DNA of 24,919 nt from a virus: the IMG/VR virus record IMGVR_UViG_3300021579_000001, positions 66,404 to 91,322 of that record; one strand, written 5' to 3'. The position numbers and the translations under genes are program-made. The notes beneath the pieces were generated by a model. It saw only the letters and a list, made by a program, of their open reading frames with translations, did not search any database and was not told where the DNA came from. Of the stretch, positions 24,590 through 24,919 are shown piece after piece; within the stretch, counting starts at the first letter, position 1; every line of letters begins with the position of its first letter.

Positions 24590-24615
24590 CAAAAAAGCTA
24601 CTGCCACACACAAGC

Positions 24616-24694
24616 AAGACCCTCACCGCATGTAACGCCAGGTGACAGAAGCACTTCGGTGGCTGTTATCAGGTATGTGTGGTGGGGGTCTTTT
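24616..24694 (+). other. Long intergenic RNA hairpin (terminator or RNase III-type site)
   Basis: 18-bp lower stem with G-U pairs, 8-bp middle stem, CAC-TTCG-GTG cap, TTTT tail. Confidence 0.7.
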
Positions 24695-24714
24695 CGCACT
24701 CATAGGGGAGAGCA

Positions 24715-24919
24715 ATGTCAAGAACACACAAAGACAATCACTCGGTGGTTGTATGGGAGAAGCTCAAAGAGCAAGGTAAAGACTTTCGTGCACCTAAAGT
24801 TCATGGAAGACTTATGGGCAACAAGTATCGCAGGCTTGAATGGCACAAGCTAGAAGCTTTGCCTAACACAAGAGCCGCAGAGAAGACTCTGTGGCGTAAA
24901 GAGACCCTAGAGAGGGAGT
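24715..24919 (+). CDS. Hypothetical protein, truncated by the window end (not in track)
   Basis: AGGGGAG RBS, ATG at 24715, MSRTHKDNHSVVVWEKLKEQG... open to the end. Confidence 0.7.
   Translation, partial: MSRTHKDNHSVVVWEKLKEQGKDFRAPKVHGRLMGNKYRRLEWHKLEALPNTRAAEKTLWRKETLERE

Noticed and set aside
24421-24853. ORFs 24421..24645 and 24659..24853
   Set aside because: Alternative frames; the ORF starting at 24715 has the RBS.

Overview
A 24.9-kb slice of a tailed dsDNA phage genome, most likely infecting an Actinomycetota host. The host call is an inference from the gene families, GAAAGGA-type RBSs and apparently leaderless genes. 1-17 kb is a minus-strand morphogenesis and lysis block: two collagen-repeat fibre genes, a head-tail adaptor, an N4-gp56-type major capsid protein, scaffold, portal, terminase, a KTSC protein, holin, a CHAP endolysin and a HAD phosphatase. 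17-20.8 kb is a plus-strand block: HNH nuclease, tRNA-Arg, small genes sharing a 3' 'LIKGE' RBS module, thyX, thioredoxin and an FmdB zinc ribbon. The most interesting part is 20.8-22.3 kb, a minus-strand, nearly gap-free non-coding RNA array behind a TTGACA-N18-TAAACT promoter. It begins with a two-hairpin RNA displaying anti-Shine-Dalgarno loops. It then carries three tRNAs, two tRNA mimics without a normal anticodon arm and several structured spacers. It ends in an 83-nt 'mini-tmRNA' that keeps only the alanine-type tRNA-like domain. After it come hsp20, a repeat-rich divergent control region with 17-bp direct-repeat boxes, and probable early genes. All RNA structures were folded by eye; no searches were run.
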